NCBI GenBank assembly: GCA_965250285.1
Contig: OZ252299.1
Span: forward strand, 6,184,918-6,248,917
DNA length: 64,000 nt
Source: Myxococcota bacterium
GTDB lineage: Bacteria; Myxococcota_A; UBA9160; UBA4427
Direction: 5' to 3'
Part shown: positions 40,932 through 50,400 of the stretch, one piece after another
How positions within the stretch are numbered: the stretch's first letter is position 1
How the letters are laid out: every line of letters begins with the position of its first letter
Notes under the pieces: generated by a model
Seen by the model: the letters and a program-made list of their open reading frames with translations, nothing else
What the model was told of the DNA's origin: nothing
Database searches by the model: none
Translations under genes and position numbers: made by a program

Positions 40932-42536
40932 TCAGCCCAGCGTCGCCGGGCCCTCTGAACCTGCTGCGCTCACGGCCACCGTGGCGCTGTGCGGCGGTGA
41001 TTCGATGTCTGGTACGGCCACGGGCTCGGGCGACTTGCTGCTCGAAGCGCCATCGCCCTTCGCCGGCGTCACGTCTTCGACGGCCACCGGCGTGCGCTTT
41101 CGCGCGGCCGGCGCCGTCGACTTCTCGTCGTGCAGCTCGACCCCGGCCGCATCGGCCAGGGCCATGAAGGCCTGGGCGAAGAGCGCCGTGAACGTGCCCA
41201 GATCGGGCACCAGGTCGTAGTCTGCATTCAGGCCCACGTGCAGCTTGCCGTCGTAGCTGAAGAGCGCGATGCCGAGCCCCGTGCCGTCGAGCAGCGGGAC
41301 GAGCGGCTGGAGCTCGAGGAGCTTCGCGCCGAGCATGTAGAGCGGAAACTGCGGCCCCGGCACGTTGGTGACGATCATGTTCACGGGCCCGGACGCCAGC
41401 CGCGCGCCGAGACTCAGCAGGCCGGCCGGCGCGTACTCGGCGGCCTGCATGACCATCTCGAGCCCGAGCGCCTGGTTCGACGACTTGCACTCCTCGGTGG
41501 CGGCGCGGACACCGTTCAGCCAGTCGGTGGGCTCGTCGCGTTCGATCGGGAGACGCACGATCCACGTCGAGACGCGATTGCCCATGCGCTCTTCGCCGCT
41601 GCCCCGCATGCTGACCGGCGCCGAAACCCGGAAGTCGGTTGTCGCCGGGCGCTCCCCGCGACGGATCAGGTAGTGGCGAACCGCGCCTGTGACGGTCGCG
41701 AGCACGACGTCATTGATCGTGCTGTCGAGCGCCTTGCCGACCTGCTTCACGTCACCGAGGGGCAGGGTCAGCCAGTCGGCGCGGCGATGCGGGCCCAGGT
41801 CGCCGTTGATCGGCGTCTTGGTCGATCGCGTGACGCCCCAGGTCGCGAACTCGGTCAATGCCTTGACGCGCGTCTGCAGATCCTTCGCGACATCCTTCGA
41901 GTCGACGACGAATTCGGAGAGTCCGCGCAGCGCTCGCATCGGCGCGGCCGTGAGGCGCTCGGCGGCGTCGAGAGCGAGCTCGAGGCCGCTCGGCACCGGT
42001 CGCGGCTCGAAGGCCGCCGGCTCGGCGATCTCGAATTCGGGGCTCATGCTGAAGAGGATCTGCGCGACGTTCGCCCCCGCGTCCCCGTCGATCATGCAGT
42101 GATGAATCTTGCTGACCATCGCGAACCGGTCACCCTCGAGGCCTTCGATGACCCAGATCTCCCAGAGCGGTCGGCTGCGGTCGAGCCCGCGTGTGGTGAT
42201 GCGCGCGGTCAGCTTCTTGAGCTCCTCGAGGCCACCGGGCTTCGGCAGGGCGGCGTGTCGAATGTGGTAGTCGATGTTGAAGTGCGCATCGTCGACCCAG
42301 ACGGGTCGGCCTTCGAGTGGCACGTACGCCAGCTTCTGGCGGTAGCGCGGAATGCGGTGGAGCTGCGCTTCGATGGCGCGCTTGAAGGTGCGGATGTCGA
42401 CCCCGCCGTCTCGCGTGACGAGGTTGCCCGTTTCGAAGATGCCTACGGCGGCGACGTGCAGCGGCGAGTGTTCGCTCTCGGCGATCAGGAAGCTGTTGTC
42501 CTGGGCCGTGAGTCGGTCGAATGCAGCGTGGAACAT
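40932..42536 (-). CDS. Wax ester synthase/diacylglycerol acyltransferase (WS/DGAT)
   Basis: RLTAQDNSFL, LDRSRPLWE, catalytic HHCMIDG, TINDVVLA, TNVPGP, followed by a low-complexity C-terminal tail. Confidence 0.93.
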   Translation of the reverse strand: MFHAAFDRLTAQDNSFLIAESEHSPLHVAAVGIFETGNLVTRDGGVDIRTFKRAIEAQLHRIPRYRQKLAYVPLEGRPVWVDDAHFNIDYHIRHAALPKPGGLEELKKLTARITTRGLDRSRPLWEIWVIEGLEGDRFAMVSKIHHCMIDGDAGANVAQILFSMSPEFEIAEPAAFEPRPVPSGLELALDAAERLTAAPMRALRGLSEFVVDSKDVAKDLQTRVKALTEFATWGVTRSTKTPINGDLGPHRRADWLTLPLGDVKQVGKALDSTINDVVLATVTGAVRHYLIRRGERPATTDFRVSAPVSMRGSGEERMGNRVSTWIVRLPIERDEPTDWLNGVRAATEECKSSNQALGLEMVMQAAEYAPAGLLSLGARLASGPVNMIVTNVPGPQFPLYMLGAKLLELQPLVPLLDGTGLGIALFSYDGKLHVGLNADYDLVPDLGTFTALFAQAFMALADAAGVELHDEKSTAPAARKRTPVAVEDVTPAKGDGASSSKSPEPVAVPDIESPPHSATVAVSAAGSEGPATLG

Positions 42537-42710
42537 GGGGCCTCCGTCGAGCTGCGCGCGACGGGCCACGATCAGGGCTGCCGCGACGCTGCGGTTGCCT
42601 CTATTGGAGATGCAACGCGCGTGCCAGCCGGAGAGTGCACGAGGGTGGACCCGAGTCCGGTGCTGCCTCATCGGCGGGCAGGGGGCTGCCGGATGGCCGG
42701 GCCAGCGGAG

Positions 42711-42983
42711 TCAGCCGCCGATGGATCCGACCCGCGGCGCGCGTCCGGCGCCCGGCTCGAGGGGGTGGCGCGAGCACCAGCGCAGCTCGCCCAGCTCGTA
42801 GATCGCGGCCACCAGATCCTGACCGCGGCGGGCCGTCGCCGAGAAGCGGATCGAGAGCGCGAGTGGCTCGACGGTGCAGTCTTCGAGGTCATCGGCTTCG
42901 AGCAGCGTATGGAAGGCCTTCGTCAGACCCTCCTGGGCATCGAACTCGAGCTGCCAGACGTAGGTCGAACGGTCGGGCTTCAT
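42711..42983 (-). CDS. Small hypothetical protein
   Basis: 90-aa ORF with RBS GAGG and ordinary globular composition, co-oriented with its neighbours. Confidence 0.6.
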   Translation of the reverse strand: MKPDRSTYVWQLEFDAQEGLTKAFHTLLEADDLEDCTVEPLALSIRFSATARRGQDLVAAIYELGELRWCSRHPLEPGAGRAPRVGSIGG

Positions 42984-43186
42984 CCCTCGGCACCTCCCTG
43001 CCTTCTGGGCATTCGACTTAGCAAGGACCGAGCCAGTACGAGCGCGCCCATGGCTGCGCCTCGGGCCACCACGTTGGGCGGACCGGCGCAGGCTGCACCA
43101 TTCGTGGGCAGCGCGATGAATTCGTGGGCGAGCGGCGCGACACGCGCGCCGAATTGCGCGCGGATCGGGGGGGATCGCCGGCGCTG

Positions 43187-44077
43187 CTAGCCGGACACGA
43201 GCGGCAGCACGTTCTCGATCTCATCGAGCTCGGCGCTCGTCGGCACGAGGAAGATTTCTTCACTGCCAGCGCGACGCAGGTTCTCGATCGCCTCCGCGAC
43301 GGCTCCGGGCTCATGTCGGGTCATGGTGCCTGCCACACCGTTGGCCATCGGGTCCCCGAAGACCTTCAGGTATTCGTACACGTACGTGCGTAGTCGATGC
43401 TCGGCGTCAGAGGCGAGCGAGTACCAGAAGCCGCCGACGAGCCGCGGGGGTGTGCTGCGCCCGGCCTTCTCCCACGCCTCGCGCGCCAGATCGAACATGC
43501 GCCGGGTCTCGTCGTACTCGCCGTTCATCGAGAACGAGTAGACGCCGTCGGCCCACTCGGCCGCCCGCGCCATGGCCTTCGGGCCCATCGCGCCCGCGAG
43601 AATCGGGGGGCCTTCCTTCTGCACCGGGTTCGGGCCCACGATGTCGGCGCCGTCGAAGGGGGGCTCGCCGGCCCAGATCCGCCGCATGCGCGCGATCTGT
43701 GCGTCCATCCGGGCGTGCCGGCGCGCGAACGAGGCGCCCACGGCGCGGTAGTCGACCTCACGTCCGCCGACGCCGACGGTCAGCGTCACGCGCCCGCCGG
43801 ACAGGACGTCGAGGGTCGCGATCTCCTTGGCGGCCCAGACCTCGTCGTGCATCGGCAGGACGTAGAGGCTCGGGACGATCCGCACGCGCTCCGTCACCGC
43901 TGCGGCGGCCGCGAGCAGGCCGCGCATCTCGAGCGTGTAGCCGGTGATCCGTTCGCCCGTCGAGAGGCTCGAGAAGGGGCCCTCGTCGATCGCGCGACAC
44001 CAGGCGAGGACCTCCTCGCGTCCATAGTCGCGCTCCATGTAGGGCAGGCACACACCGACGTCCATCTCGTCCTCCAT
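43187..44077 (-). CDS. LLM-class (luciferase-like) flavin/F420-dependent oxidoreductase
   Basis: LAAAAAVTERVRI, AKEIATLDVLSGGRVTLTVGVG, GPPILAG, RAAEWADG. Confidence 0.9.
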   Translation of the reverse strand: MEDEMDVGVCLPYMERDYGREEVLAWCRAIDEGPFSSLSTGERITGYTLEMRGLLAAAAAVTERVRIVPSLYVLPMHDEVWAAKEIATLDVLSGGRVTLTVGVGGREVDYRAVGASFARRHARMDAQIARMRRIWAGEPPFDGADIVGPNPVQKEGPPILAGAMGPKAMARAAEWADGVYSFSMNGEYDETRRMFDLAREAWEKAGRSTPPRLVGGFWYSLASDAEHRLRTYVYEYLKVFGDPMANGVAGTMTRHEPGAVAEAIENLRRAGSEEIFLVPTSAELDEIENVLPLVSG

Positions 44078-44297
44078 TCGCTCAGGCCGGTGCTCGGGGC
44101 CGAGCTTCGCCCCCGAGCGGCTCCCGATGGTAGGTCAGGGCGGCCCGCGCCGAGCCCCCGAAGCCGTGTCGCCGATCACGCGGCCGAGGCGCCGTTTCGC
44201 CGCTTCGAAGGGGGCGGGCGTGGGCCCGGAGAGCCTCAAGATGATCGGGTGAAGACCCGATGAGCAGGCCGCGTCAGTGCGTTTCTGGGAGATTCCG

Positions 44298-46142
44298 ATG
44301 ATGCAGTATTTCTGTCGATGGGCCGTTCTCGTGGCATGGGCCGCCGTGCTCGCCAGCATCGGCTGTGCCGGTGGTGCGTGGGAGAGCGCGCTGCGCGAGG
44401 ACACGCCGGCGGCCTACTACCGCTACATGCGCGACAACCCCGACGGCGACCACGCCGGGGCCGCGCAGGAGCGGATCGACTTTCACAAGGTCAAGCGCAA
44501 CCTGACGCTCGTGAACTATCGCTGGTTCGAGACCAAGTACCCGCACAGCGTGCTGCTCGACGATCTGCGACCCGCGATCGAGCCGAAGGCTTTCGAGGGC
44601 GCGCGGGCCGTGGGCACCGCCGAGGCCTACCGCGATTTCGCCGTCGAGTTTCCGCACGGCGAGTACGCGGCGCGGGCTGAAGCGAATGCGATGTTCCTCG
44701 ACTCGGATGGCTTCGGCGGCGACGTCCAGGCGCTCGAGCGATTCGCGGCCCAGCACCCCGAGAGTGATTTTTCGGCCGAGGCGATCCGGAGCGCCGAAGC
44801 GGCGAAGCTGCGTGCGAGCTCGCGCATCCAGCGGCTCGCGCTCGAGGTTCGCATCGATTCGAAGTCGCCCGAGCCGCGCCGCCTGACCCTGCTCTTCACC
44901 GACGCCGCCCGCAAGGCGTTCGACGGGTCGGGCATCGAGCTGATGATCGTCCCGGCGGGCAAGCGCGCCGTCGACATGCACACCCTCACGATCGAGCACC
45001 GCGAGGTGCCGGTCAGCGCCGAGATGGCCGGCCGCGAGATGTCACGTTCGGGCTGGATGGCGCAGACGCGCCTCACGATCTCGCCCCCCGATCGCGAGAG
45101 CGATCCGATCTTCCGCCGCACGTTCGATCTGCGCGTCGATGAGGACGAGCACGTCGATGGACGATCGGTGCTCTTCGGCAAGAGCGGCCCGGTCTACTGG
45201 TCGTCGTTCTTCGTGCCCGTCGCGAAGTGGGCATCGAACGCGACGGTGCGACCGCCGGTTGCGTTGAACGGGGAGGAAGAGGTAGTCGCCGTCGACGCCG
45301 CCGGCGACCGCGCGGTCGTGCTCTATGAAGACGGCCGTTTCGATCTGCTCGAGCTCTCCGACCCGCTCGAGCCCAAGGTGCTCGCGACGTATCGCCGGCC
45401 CCGCGACTTCAAGAAGTACAGCGACGTGCGCATCGTGGGGGCCCGCATCGCGATCTTCGGCGAAGACGGCATCGAGCTGATCGAGTTCACCGACGAAGGC
45501 CCGGTGGCCGTGGTGTCGCGCGATCGAGGCGACGTCGGGTCGGTGCTCGCGCTGACGCCGTATCGCGGCGGCTTCGTCGTGGCCACGGCGACCGGTCTGT
45601 ACTGGCTGCCCAGCGACCGGGATCGCCCCGAGCGACTCATGCGGCGGGTGATCCGCGGTGTCGACGTCGTCGGTGACGACCTGCTGCTGACCGATGGCGA
45701 GACCGTCTTCGTGACGAACGTCGAACTGATCAAGCAGAAGCGCGTCAAGGCGCAGCTCAAGCTCGGCAAGACCTTCGGGCCGGAGCGCGTGCGCGCCGAG
45801 GGCCACCGCGCGGTGGTGATCGGCAAGGATGGCATCCTCGCCATCGATCTGCGCGACGCGTCGAAGCCGAAGGTGACCGCCAAGATCCACAACCAGTATG
45901 TCGGCAACGTGCTCGATGCGACGCACGTGGGGCACCGGATCTTTCTGATCGGCGATCACGGTTTGCTCGTGATGGATCCGAACGCGCGCACCGTGACCGA
46001 GACCGTCGACCTGCAGCCGCGCGCGCGCGTGGCCACCATGGGACGCCACGTCGTCGCGGTCGGTGATGCGAAGCTCCAGGTCATGGATGCAACGCCGTGG
46101 CTCGGCGCAACCGCAACGAGGCCGGCTCGATCGAAGCGTTGA
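44298..46142 (+). CDS. Lipoprotein with N-terminal helical repeats and C-terminal beta-propeller-like region
   Basis: Lipobox LASIGC, repeated AY..Y/F...PxG.xA..A helical units, and LVIVD-like blades (LLELSDPLEP, AIDLRDASKP). Confidence 0.75.
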   Translation: MMQYFCRWAVLVAWAAVLASIGCAGGAWESALREDTPAAYYRYMRDNPDGDHAGAAQERIDFHKVKRNLTLVNYRWFETKYPHSVLLDDLRPAIEPKAFEGARAVGTAEAYRDFAVEFPHGEYAARAEANAMFLDSDGFGGDVQALERFAAQHPESDFSAEAIRSAEAAKLRASSRIQRLALEVRIDSKSPEPRRLTLLFTDAARKAFDGSGIELMIVPAGKRAVDMHTLTIEHREVPVSAEMAGREMSRSGWMAQTRLTISPPDRESDPIFRRTFDLRVDEDEHVDGRSVLFGKSGPVYWSSFFVPVAKWASNATVRPPVALNGEEEVVAVDAAGDRAVVLYEDGRFDLLELSDPLEPKVLATYRRPRDFKKYSDVRIVGARIAIFGEDGIELIEFTDEGPVAVVSRDRGDVGSVLALTPYRGGFVVATATGLYWLPSDRDRPERLMRRVIRGVDVVGDDLLLTDGETVFVTNVELIKQKRVKAQLKLGKTFGPERVRAEGHRAVVIGKDGILAIDLRDASKPKVTAKIHNQYVGNVLDATHVGHRIFLIGDHGLLVMDPNARTVTETVDLQPRARVATMGRHVVAVGDAKLQVMDATPWLGATATRPARSKR

Positions 46143-46280
46143 GGAATGTGCGCGGCAGCGCATGACGAACCATCCAGGATCGTCTGACGCGCCCCTGCAT
46201 GGTGGATCGACCGATCAACGCAACGAACTGTGTCCGAATCGTCGTCGGCAGCAGAAGGGCCTGCGCGCTAGCCTGAGGCC

Positions 46281-47375
46281 ATGAGTTCCGTCGGATCGAG
46301 AGCCGCTGGCGCCGCCGGACGCGTCGCTCGCTCGCCCGACCGACGCTTCCCCGAAATCCACCAGATCACCCTTCCTACGCCCTGGGAGCGCATTCCGGCG
46401 GTGGCCGTCTACCTGATCGAGTCCGAGCCGCTCACGCTGATCGATGCCGGCCTCGACGACGATGCCAGCTTCGCTGCGCTCGAAGCCGGCCTCGACGAGC
46501 TCGGTCACAGCATCGCTGACATCAGGCGCGTCGCGCTCACGCACTATCACGTCGATCGTCTCGGCGGCGTCGGTGCGCTGCGGCGTCGCGGCGTCGAGCT
46601 CGAGCTCTGCGCCCACGCCGAAGCGGTGCCGTCGATCGAGCACTTCACGGTCGAGCGCAGCGAAGACATGGAAGCGGTCGATGCGCTCTTTCACGACTAC
46701 GGCGTACCGCGCGACGTGCGGGCCACCTTCGTCTCGCACCGGCGCCGCCGACTCGCGGTGCAGCCGCCCTGGGCCGAGGCCACGACGGTCGAGCGGGCCC
46801 TGCACGACGGCGACGGCCTCGACTTCAAGGCGTTCTCGCTCGAGGTGATCCACGCCCCGGGCCATACGGCCGGGCACGTGGTCTTCCACAACCGGGCGTC
46901 GGGCAGCCTCGTCTCGGGCGACACGATCATGGACGGCGCCGTGCCGCACACCGAGAACTACTACCTCGACGGCCTGCCCGATCCGGCCGACCCCGCGCGT
47001 CGCCGGCCGCGCTTCAAGGGGCTCGTCGCCTACCGCAATTCGCTGAAGCGCCTCAAGCGCGAGAGCCTCAAGACGATCCTCCCGGGCTACGGCGGCGTGA
47101 TCAAGGCGGCCGACCGCGCGATCCGCGACGCACTGCTCTTCTACGACGTGCGCATCCAGCGCATCGAGCGAAGCCTGCGTTCGGTGACGGCGATGGGCCA
47201 ATCCGTCACCGCGTACGAGATCTGGCACGGCATGTACCCGAACGACGACGTGCGCACCGAGATGCGCGACAAGCTGCTGATGGTGATCGGGGCCCTCGAC
47301 GTGCTCGAAGCCGAGGGGCTGTGCGTGACGCGCCGCCGCGACGACGGTGTGCTCGTCCACCAACACGCCGACTGA
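46281..47375 (+). CDS. Metallo-beta-lactamase-fold protein
   Basis: LIDAG, THYHVDR, APGHTAGH, SGD, ILPGYG (non-canonical metal motifs). Confidence 0.85.
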   Translation: MSSVGSRAAGAAGRVARSPDRRFPEIHQITLPTPWERIPAVAVYLIESEPLTLIDAGLDDDASFAALEAGLDELGHSIADIRRVALTHYHVDRLGGVGALRRRGVELELCAHAEAVPSIEHFTVERSEDMEAVDALFHDYGVPRDVRATFVSHRRRRLAVQPPWAEATTVERALHDGDGLDFKAFSLEVIHAPGHTAGHVVFHNRASGSLVSGDTIMDGAVPHTENYYLDGLPDPADPARRRPRFKGLVAYRNSLKRLKRESLKTILPGYGGVIKAADRAIRDALLFYDVRIQRIERSLRSVTAMGQSVTAYEIWHGMYPNDDVRTEMRDKLLMVIGALDVLEAEGLCVTRRRDDGVLVHQHAD

Positions 47376-47400
47376 GGGCGCGGCCCCTGGGCGCCCCCGC

Positions 47401-48921
47401 TCAGCGAGAGAGCAGGTAGACCGCCACCGCCCGTCGTCCGGCGTCATCGAGATCGGGCATCGGCATGGGCGACGGCGGCGTCGCGAGCAGTGCCTCGAGG
47501 TCGCTCAGGCCGTAGCGCGTCGCCAGGCCGTCGAGCGGCTTCACCACGACCCCCTCGCCTGCGAGCTCGACCTCGTGGCAGACCCCGCACTGGTTCTCCA
47601 TGTAGAGCGCTTCGCCGCTGGCCGCGAGCCGGGCGCGCTCCGGGGCCGCGAGGTCGGCGAGCGGATCGGTCTCGGCGGCCGCCATCGCGTCGCCGCCGGG
47701 CGACGCCGCGCCCTGGCCGTCCCGGCTCACCCGCCAGATCACGTTGGCGTAGTCGTCGCTCACGTAGATGGCGCCGTCGGGCCCCTGTGCGATGTCGACG
47801 GGCCGACCGATCACGTCCTCGTCTTCGAGGAAGCCCGTGAGGAAGTCGCGTTCGGTGATCGTGCCGTCGGGCAGGAAGTGCAGCGAGACGACCTTGTAGC
47901 CATCCTTCCGGCTGCGGTTCCATGAGCCGTGCAGCGCCGCGATCGCGACGTCGCCGTCTGCGGTCAGCGGGCCGAGCCCCTCGACGAAGGCGATCCCGAG
48001 CGGCGCGTTGTGGGCGCGAAACGCGTGCACGGGGGGGATCGCCGCCGCGACCTTGGCCGGATCGCGATCGCCGAAATCGGGGTCGGGGTCGTTCATGCCG
48101 TTCACGAAGGGCCAGCCGTAGAAGCCGCCCTCGACGATCAGGTTGAGCTCGCACGGGGGGTAGTTATCGCCGAGCAGGTCGCGGCCGTTGTCGGTGCCGT
48201 AGATCTCGCCCGTCGACGGTCGCCAGTCGAAGCCGACGGTGTTGCGCAGGCCCGACGCGAAGGTCGTCTCGTTCGATCCGTCGAGGTCGAAGCGCAGCAT
48301 CGCGGCGCGACGCTCGGGCTCGTCTTCGAGGCAGACGTTGCAGCTCGAGCCGACGGTCACGTAGATCTTCTCATCGGGACCGACTCGGATCGTGCGGGTC
48401 CAGTGGTTCTTGCCGGCGGGCAGATCGTCGACCAGGCGCTCGTAGGCGCCGCCCAGCCCGGCCTGGCCGCCTTCGCCGCCCGAGCCAGGCTCGAAGGCCA
48501 CGCGCCCGAAGCCGTCGGTCTCGGCCACGTACAGCCAGCCGTCGTGGATCTCCATGCCGTGGGGGCGGTTCAGGCCCTCCATCAATACGCGCTGGCCGTC
48601 CGACCGGCCGTCGCCGCTTCGGTCGGCCTCGAGCAGCACCACCTGGCCGGCGCGGGGCCGCGTCACGAGCAGATCACCGGCCTCGGTGAACCTGAGCCCG
48701 CGGGCGCCCTTCACGTCGGTCGCCCAGAGGCCCACGCTGAAGCCCTCGGGCACCCGCATCCGATCGCTCACCTGCGCCGCGGCAGGGGTCTCGGCGCCGT
48801 CGCCCCCGAACATCATGTGCATCACCGGCGCGTTCACGGCGAAGCGCTCGGGCAGCAGATAGCGACAGGCGCCGACGAAGAGGAGGGCGCTGAGAGCGAC
48901 GACGATCAGGATGCGACGCAT
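47401..48921 (-). CDS. PQQ-dependent glucose/sorbosone dehydrogenase-like protein with C-terminal cytochrome c
   Basis: HWTR, VGSSCNVC, GLRNTVG, DNGRD, YGWP, HNAPLG, HGSWNR, GRPVD, VSDD, and C-terminal CGVCH...MP. Confidence 0.9.
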   Translation of the reverse strand: MRRILIVVALSALLFVGACRYLLPERFAVNAPVMHMMFGGDGAETPAAAQVSDRMRVPEGFSVGLWATDVKGARGLRFTEAGDLLVTRPRAGQVVLLEADRSGDGRSDGQRVLMEGLNRPHGMEIHDGWLYVAETDGFGRVAFEPGSGGEGGQAGLGGAYERLVDDLPAGKNHWTRTIRVGPDEKIYVTVGSSCNVCLEDEPERRAAMLRFDLDGSNETTFASGLRNTVGFDWRPSTGEIYGTDNGRDLLGDNYPPCELNLIVEGGFYGWPFVNGMNDPDPDFGDRDPAKVAAAIPPVHAFRAHNAPLGIAFVEGLGPLTADGDVAIAALHGSWNRSRKDGYKVVSLHFLPDGTITERDFLTGFLEDEDVIGRPVDIAQGPDGAIYVSDDYANVIWRVSRDGQGAASPGGDAMAAAETDPLADLAAPERARLAASGEALYMENQCGVCHEVELAGEGVVVKPLDGLATRYGLSDLEALLATPPSPMPMPDLDDAGRRAVAVYLLSR

Positions 48922-49181
48922 GAATCCCCCTGGGGCAAGGCGCCCCCGCAGTGCTCGGATGCCGCCTGCCCCGTCGAGTGATCGCAGGCGCCTCGGTGGC
49001 CCGCTTCCGGGTGCTGCGCCCGACGAAATTCCCGTTTCGCGGTCTTGACTTGGAGCCCCAACTGGCGGATACCTAGCGGCCCGATTTTCTCCGCGCCGGG
49101 CCCCATCGCCCCGAGCGCGCGGAGGGGCGCTCGCGCGGGTGGGCCATCGTCGCCCGCAGCCCCCTCGGAGGCAACAGTACG

Positions 49182-49508
49182 ATGAACAAGATTCGCAAGG
49201 GTGACCTCGTGCAGGTCATCTCGGGAGCCGACCGTGGCAAGCAAGGCCGCGTGATCGCGCTCGATCCCAACAAGGGCCGCATTCGCGTCGAGAAGGTGCG
49301 GATGCAGAAGCGCCACCTCAAGCCGGGCCGCCGCGGTGCCGCGCAGGGCGGCATCATCGAGGACGAGGGCTTCATCGAGCTCTCGAACGTGATGCTCGTG
49401 AACCCGTCCGACGGCCAGCCGTCGCGGGTGCGCATCGAGGATCGCGACGGTGAGCGCGTGCGTGTGTTTGCGCGCGACGGCGAGCCGGTCCCCGAACCCG
49501 TTCAGTAA
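49182..49508 (+). CDS. rplX: 50S ribosomal protein uL24
   Basis: KIRKGDLVQVISGADRGKQG (KOW motif), VEKVRMQKRH, GGIIEDEGFIELSNVML. RBS GGAGG. Confidence 0.93.
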   Translation: MNKIRKGDLVQVISGADRGKQGRVIALDPNKGRIRVEKVRMQKRHLKPGRRGAAQGGIIEDEGFIELSNVMLVNPSDGQPSRVRIEDRDGERVRVFARDGEPVPEPVQ

Positions 49509-49588
49509 CGATCTGACCCCCTCGAGCCCGGCGTCGCGCCGGGCCGACCCGGGTGGAGGCGGCTTCGGCCGCAGCGAGGAGCCACGCC

Positions 49589-49759
49589 ATGGCCAAGAAG
49601 GGCAAGCGCGAGAAGATCAAGCTCGAGTCGACCGCCGGCACCGGCCACTTCTACACCACGTCGAAGAACCGGACGAACACGCCGAACAAGCTCGAGTTCA
49701 AGAAGTACGACCCCGTCGCCCGCAAGCACGTGGTCTACAAGGAGACCAAGCTCAAGTAG
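49589..49759 (+). CDS. rpmG: 50S ribosomal protein bL33 (Zn-free, C- type)
   Basis: [21 protein letters not shown]...[15 protein letters not shown] with no Cys. RBS GAGGAG. Confidence 0.97.
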   Translation: MAKKGKREKIKLESTAGTGHFYTTSKNRTNTPNKLEFKKYDPVARKHVVYKETKLK

Positions 49760-49822
49760 CCGTCCGGTCGACCCGAAACGGGACCGGCCCGAAACGGGTC
49801 CGACCCGATTCGGGCGGATGGC
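49759..49822 (+). repeat. Three tandem 16-bp mini-hairpin repeats enclosed by a stem
   Basis: GACCCGAAACGGGACC / GGCCCGAAACGGGTCC / GACCCGATTCGGGCGG, flanked by GCCGTCCG...CGGATGGC. Confidence 0.7.
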
Positions 49823-49960
49823 GAGGGCGTGGTTTCGACCCTAACGTTCTCTGCAAGCGGCCTCGGGCCGCGTGGAAGCTGAACCTGTGACCGGCTCGAA
49901 CCCGACTCCGAGCGAGCGGCCTGAGAGCGAACGGCGAAGAGAGAAACAGAGGGAGTTTCG

Positions 49961-50314
49961 ATGGCCTGGGTGATCACGAGCTTGTGCCAGGAAAAGGTGG
50001 ACATGGCCTGCGTCGAGGTCTGTCCCGTCGACTGCATCATCCAGTACACCGGGGACGACAAAGACACGTTCCCGAACCAGCTCTACATCGACCCCGATGA
50101 GTGCATCAACTGCGGCGTCTGCGAGCCCGAGTGCCCGTGGGAGGCGATCTTCGAGGACGAGCAGGTCCCCGAGGTGTTCGCGGCGACCGTCGAGCTCAAC
50201 GCGAAGGTCACCGAGATTCGCGATCAGTTCGAGGTGCCCGAGCGCGCCGACGTCGACGCGCCCTCGCCCGAAGACGTCAAGGCGAACAAGGAGAAGTGGG
50301 GCTACGACGGCTGA
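49961..50314 (+). CDS. Dicluster ferredoxin (FdxA-like, probably [3Fe-4S][4Fe-4S])
   Basis: C-x7[10 protein letters not shown] and [18 protein letters not shown]. Confidence 0.92.
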   Translation: MAWVITSLCQEKVDMACVEVCPVDCIIQYTGDDKDTFPNQLYIDPDECINCGVCEPECPWEAIFEDEQVPEVFAATVELNAKVTEIRDQFEVPERADVDAPSPEDVKANKEKWGYDG

Positions 50315-50361
50315 GCCGACGCCCCACTTGTCGCGCCCTCGATGCCGGGCGCAACGATCTT

Positions 50362-50400
50362 CCGCGCGGTCCCCTCACGGTGACCGCGCGGTTTTCGTTT
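50362..50400 (+). terminator. Intrinsic terminator after ferredoxin
   Basis: CCGCGCGGTC-loop-GACCGCGCGG followed by TTTTCGTTT. Confidence 0.75.
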
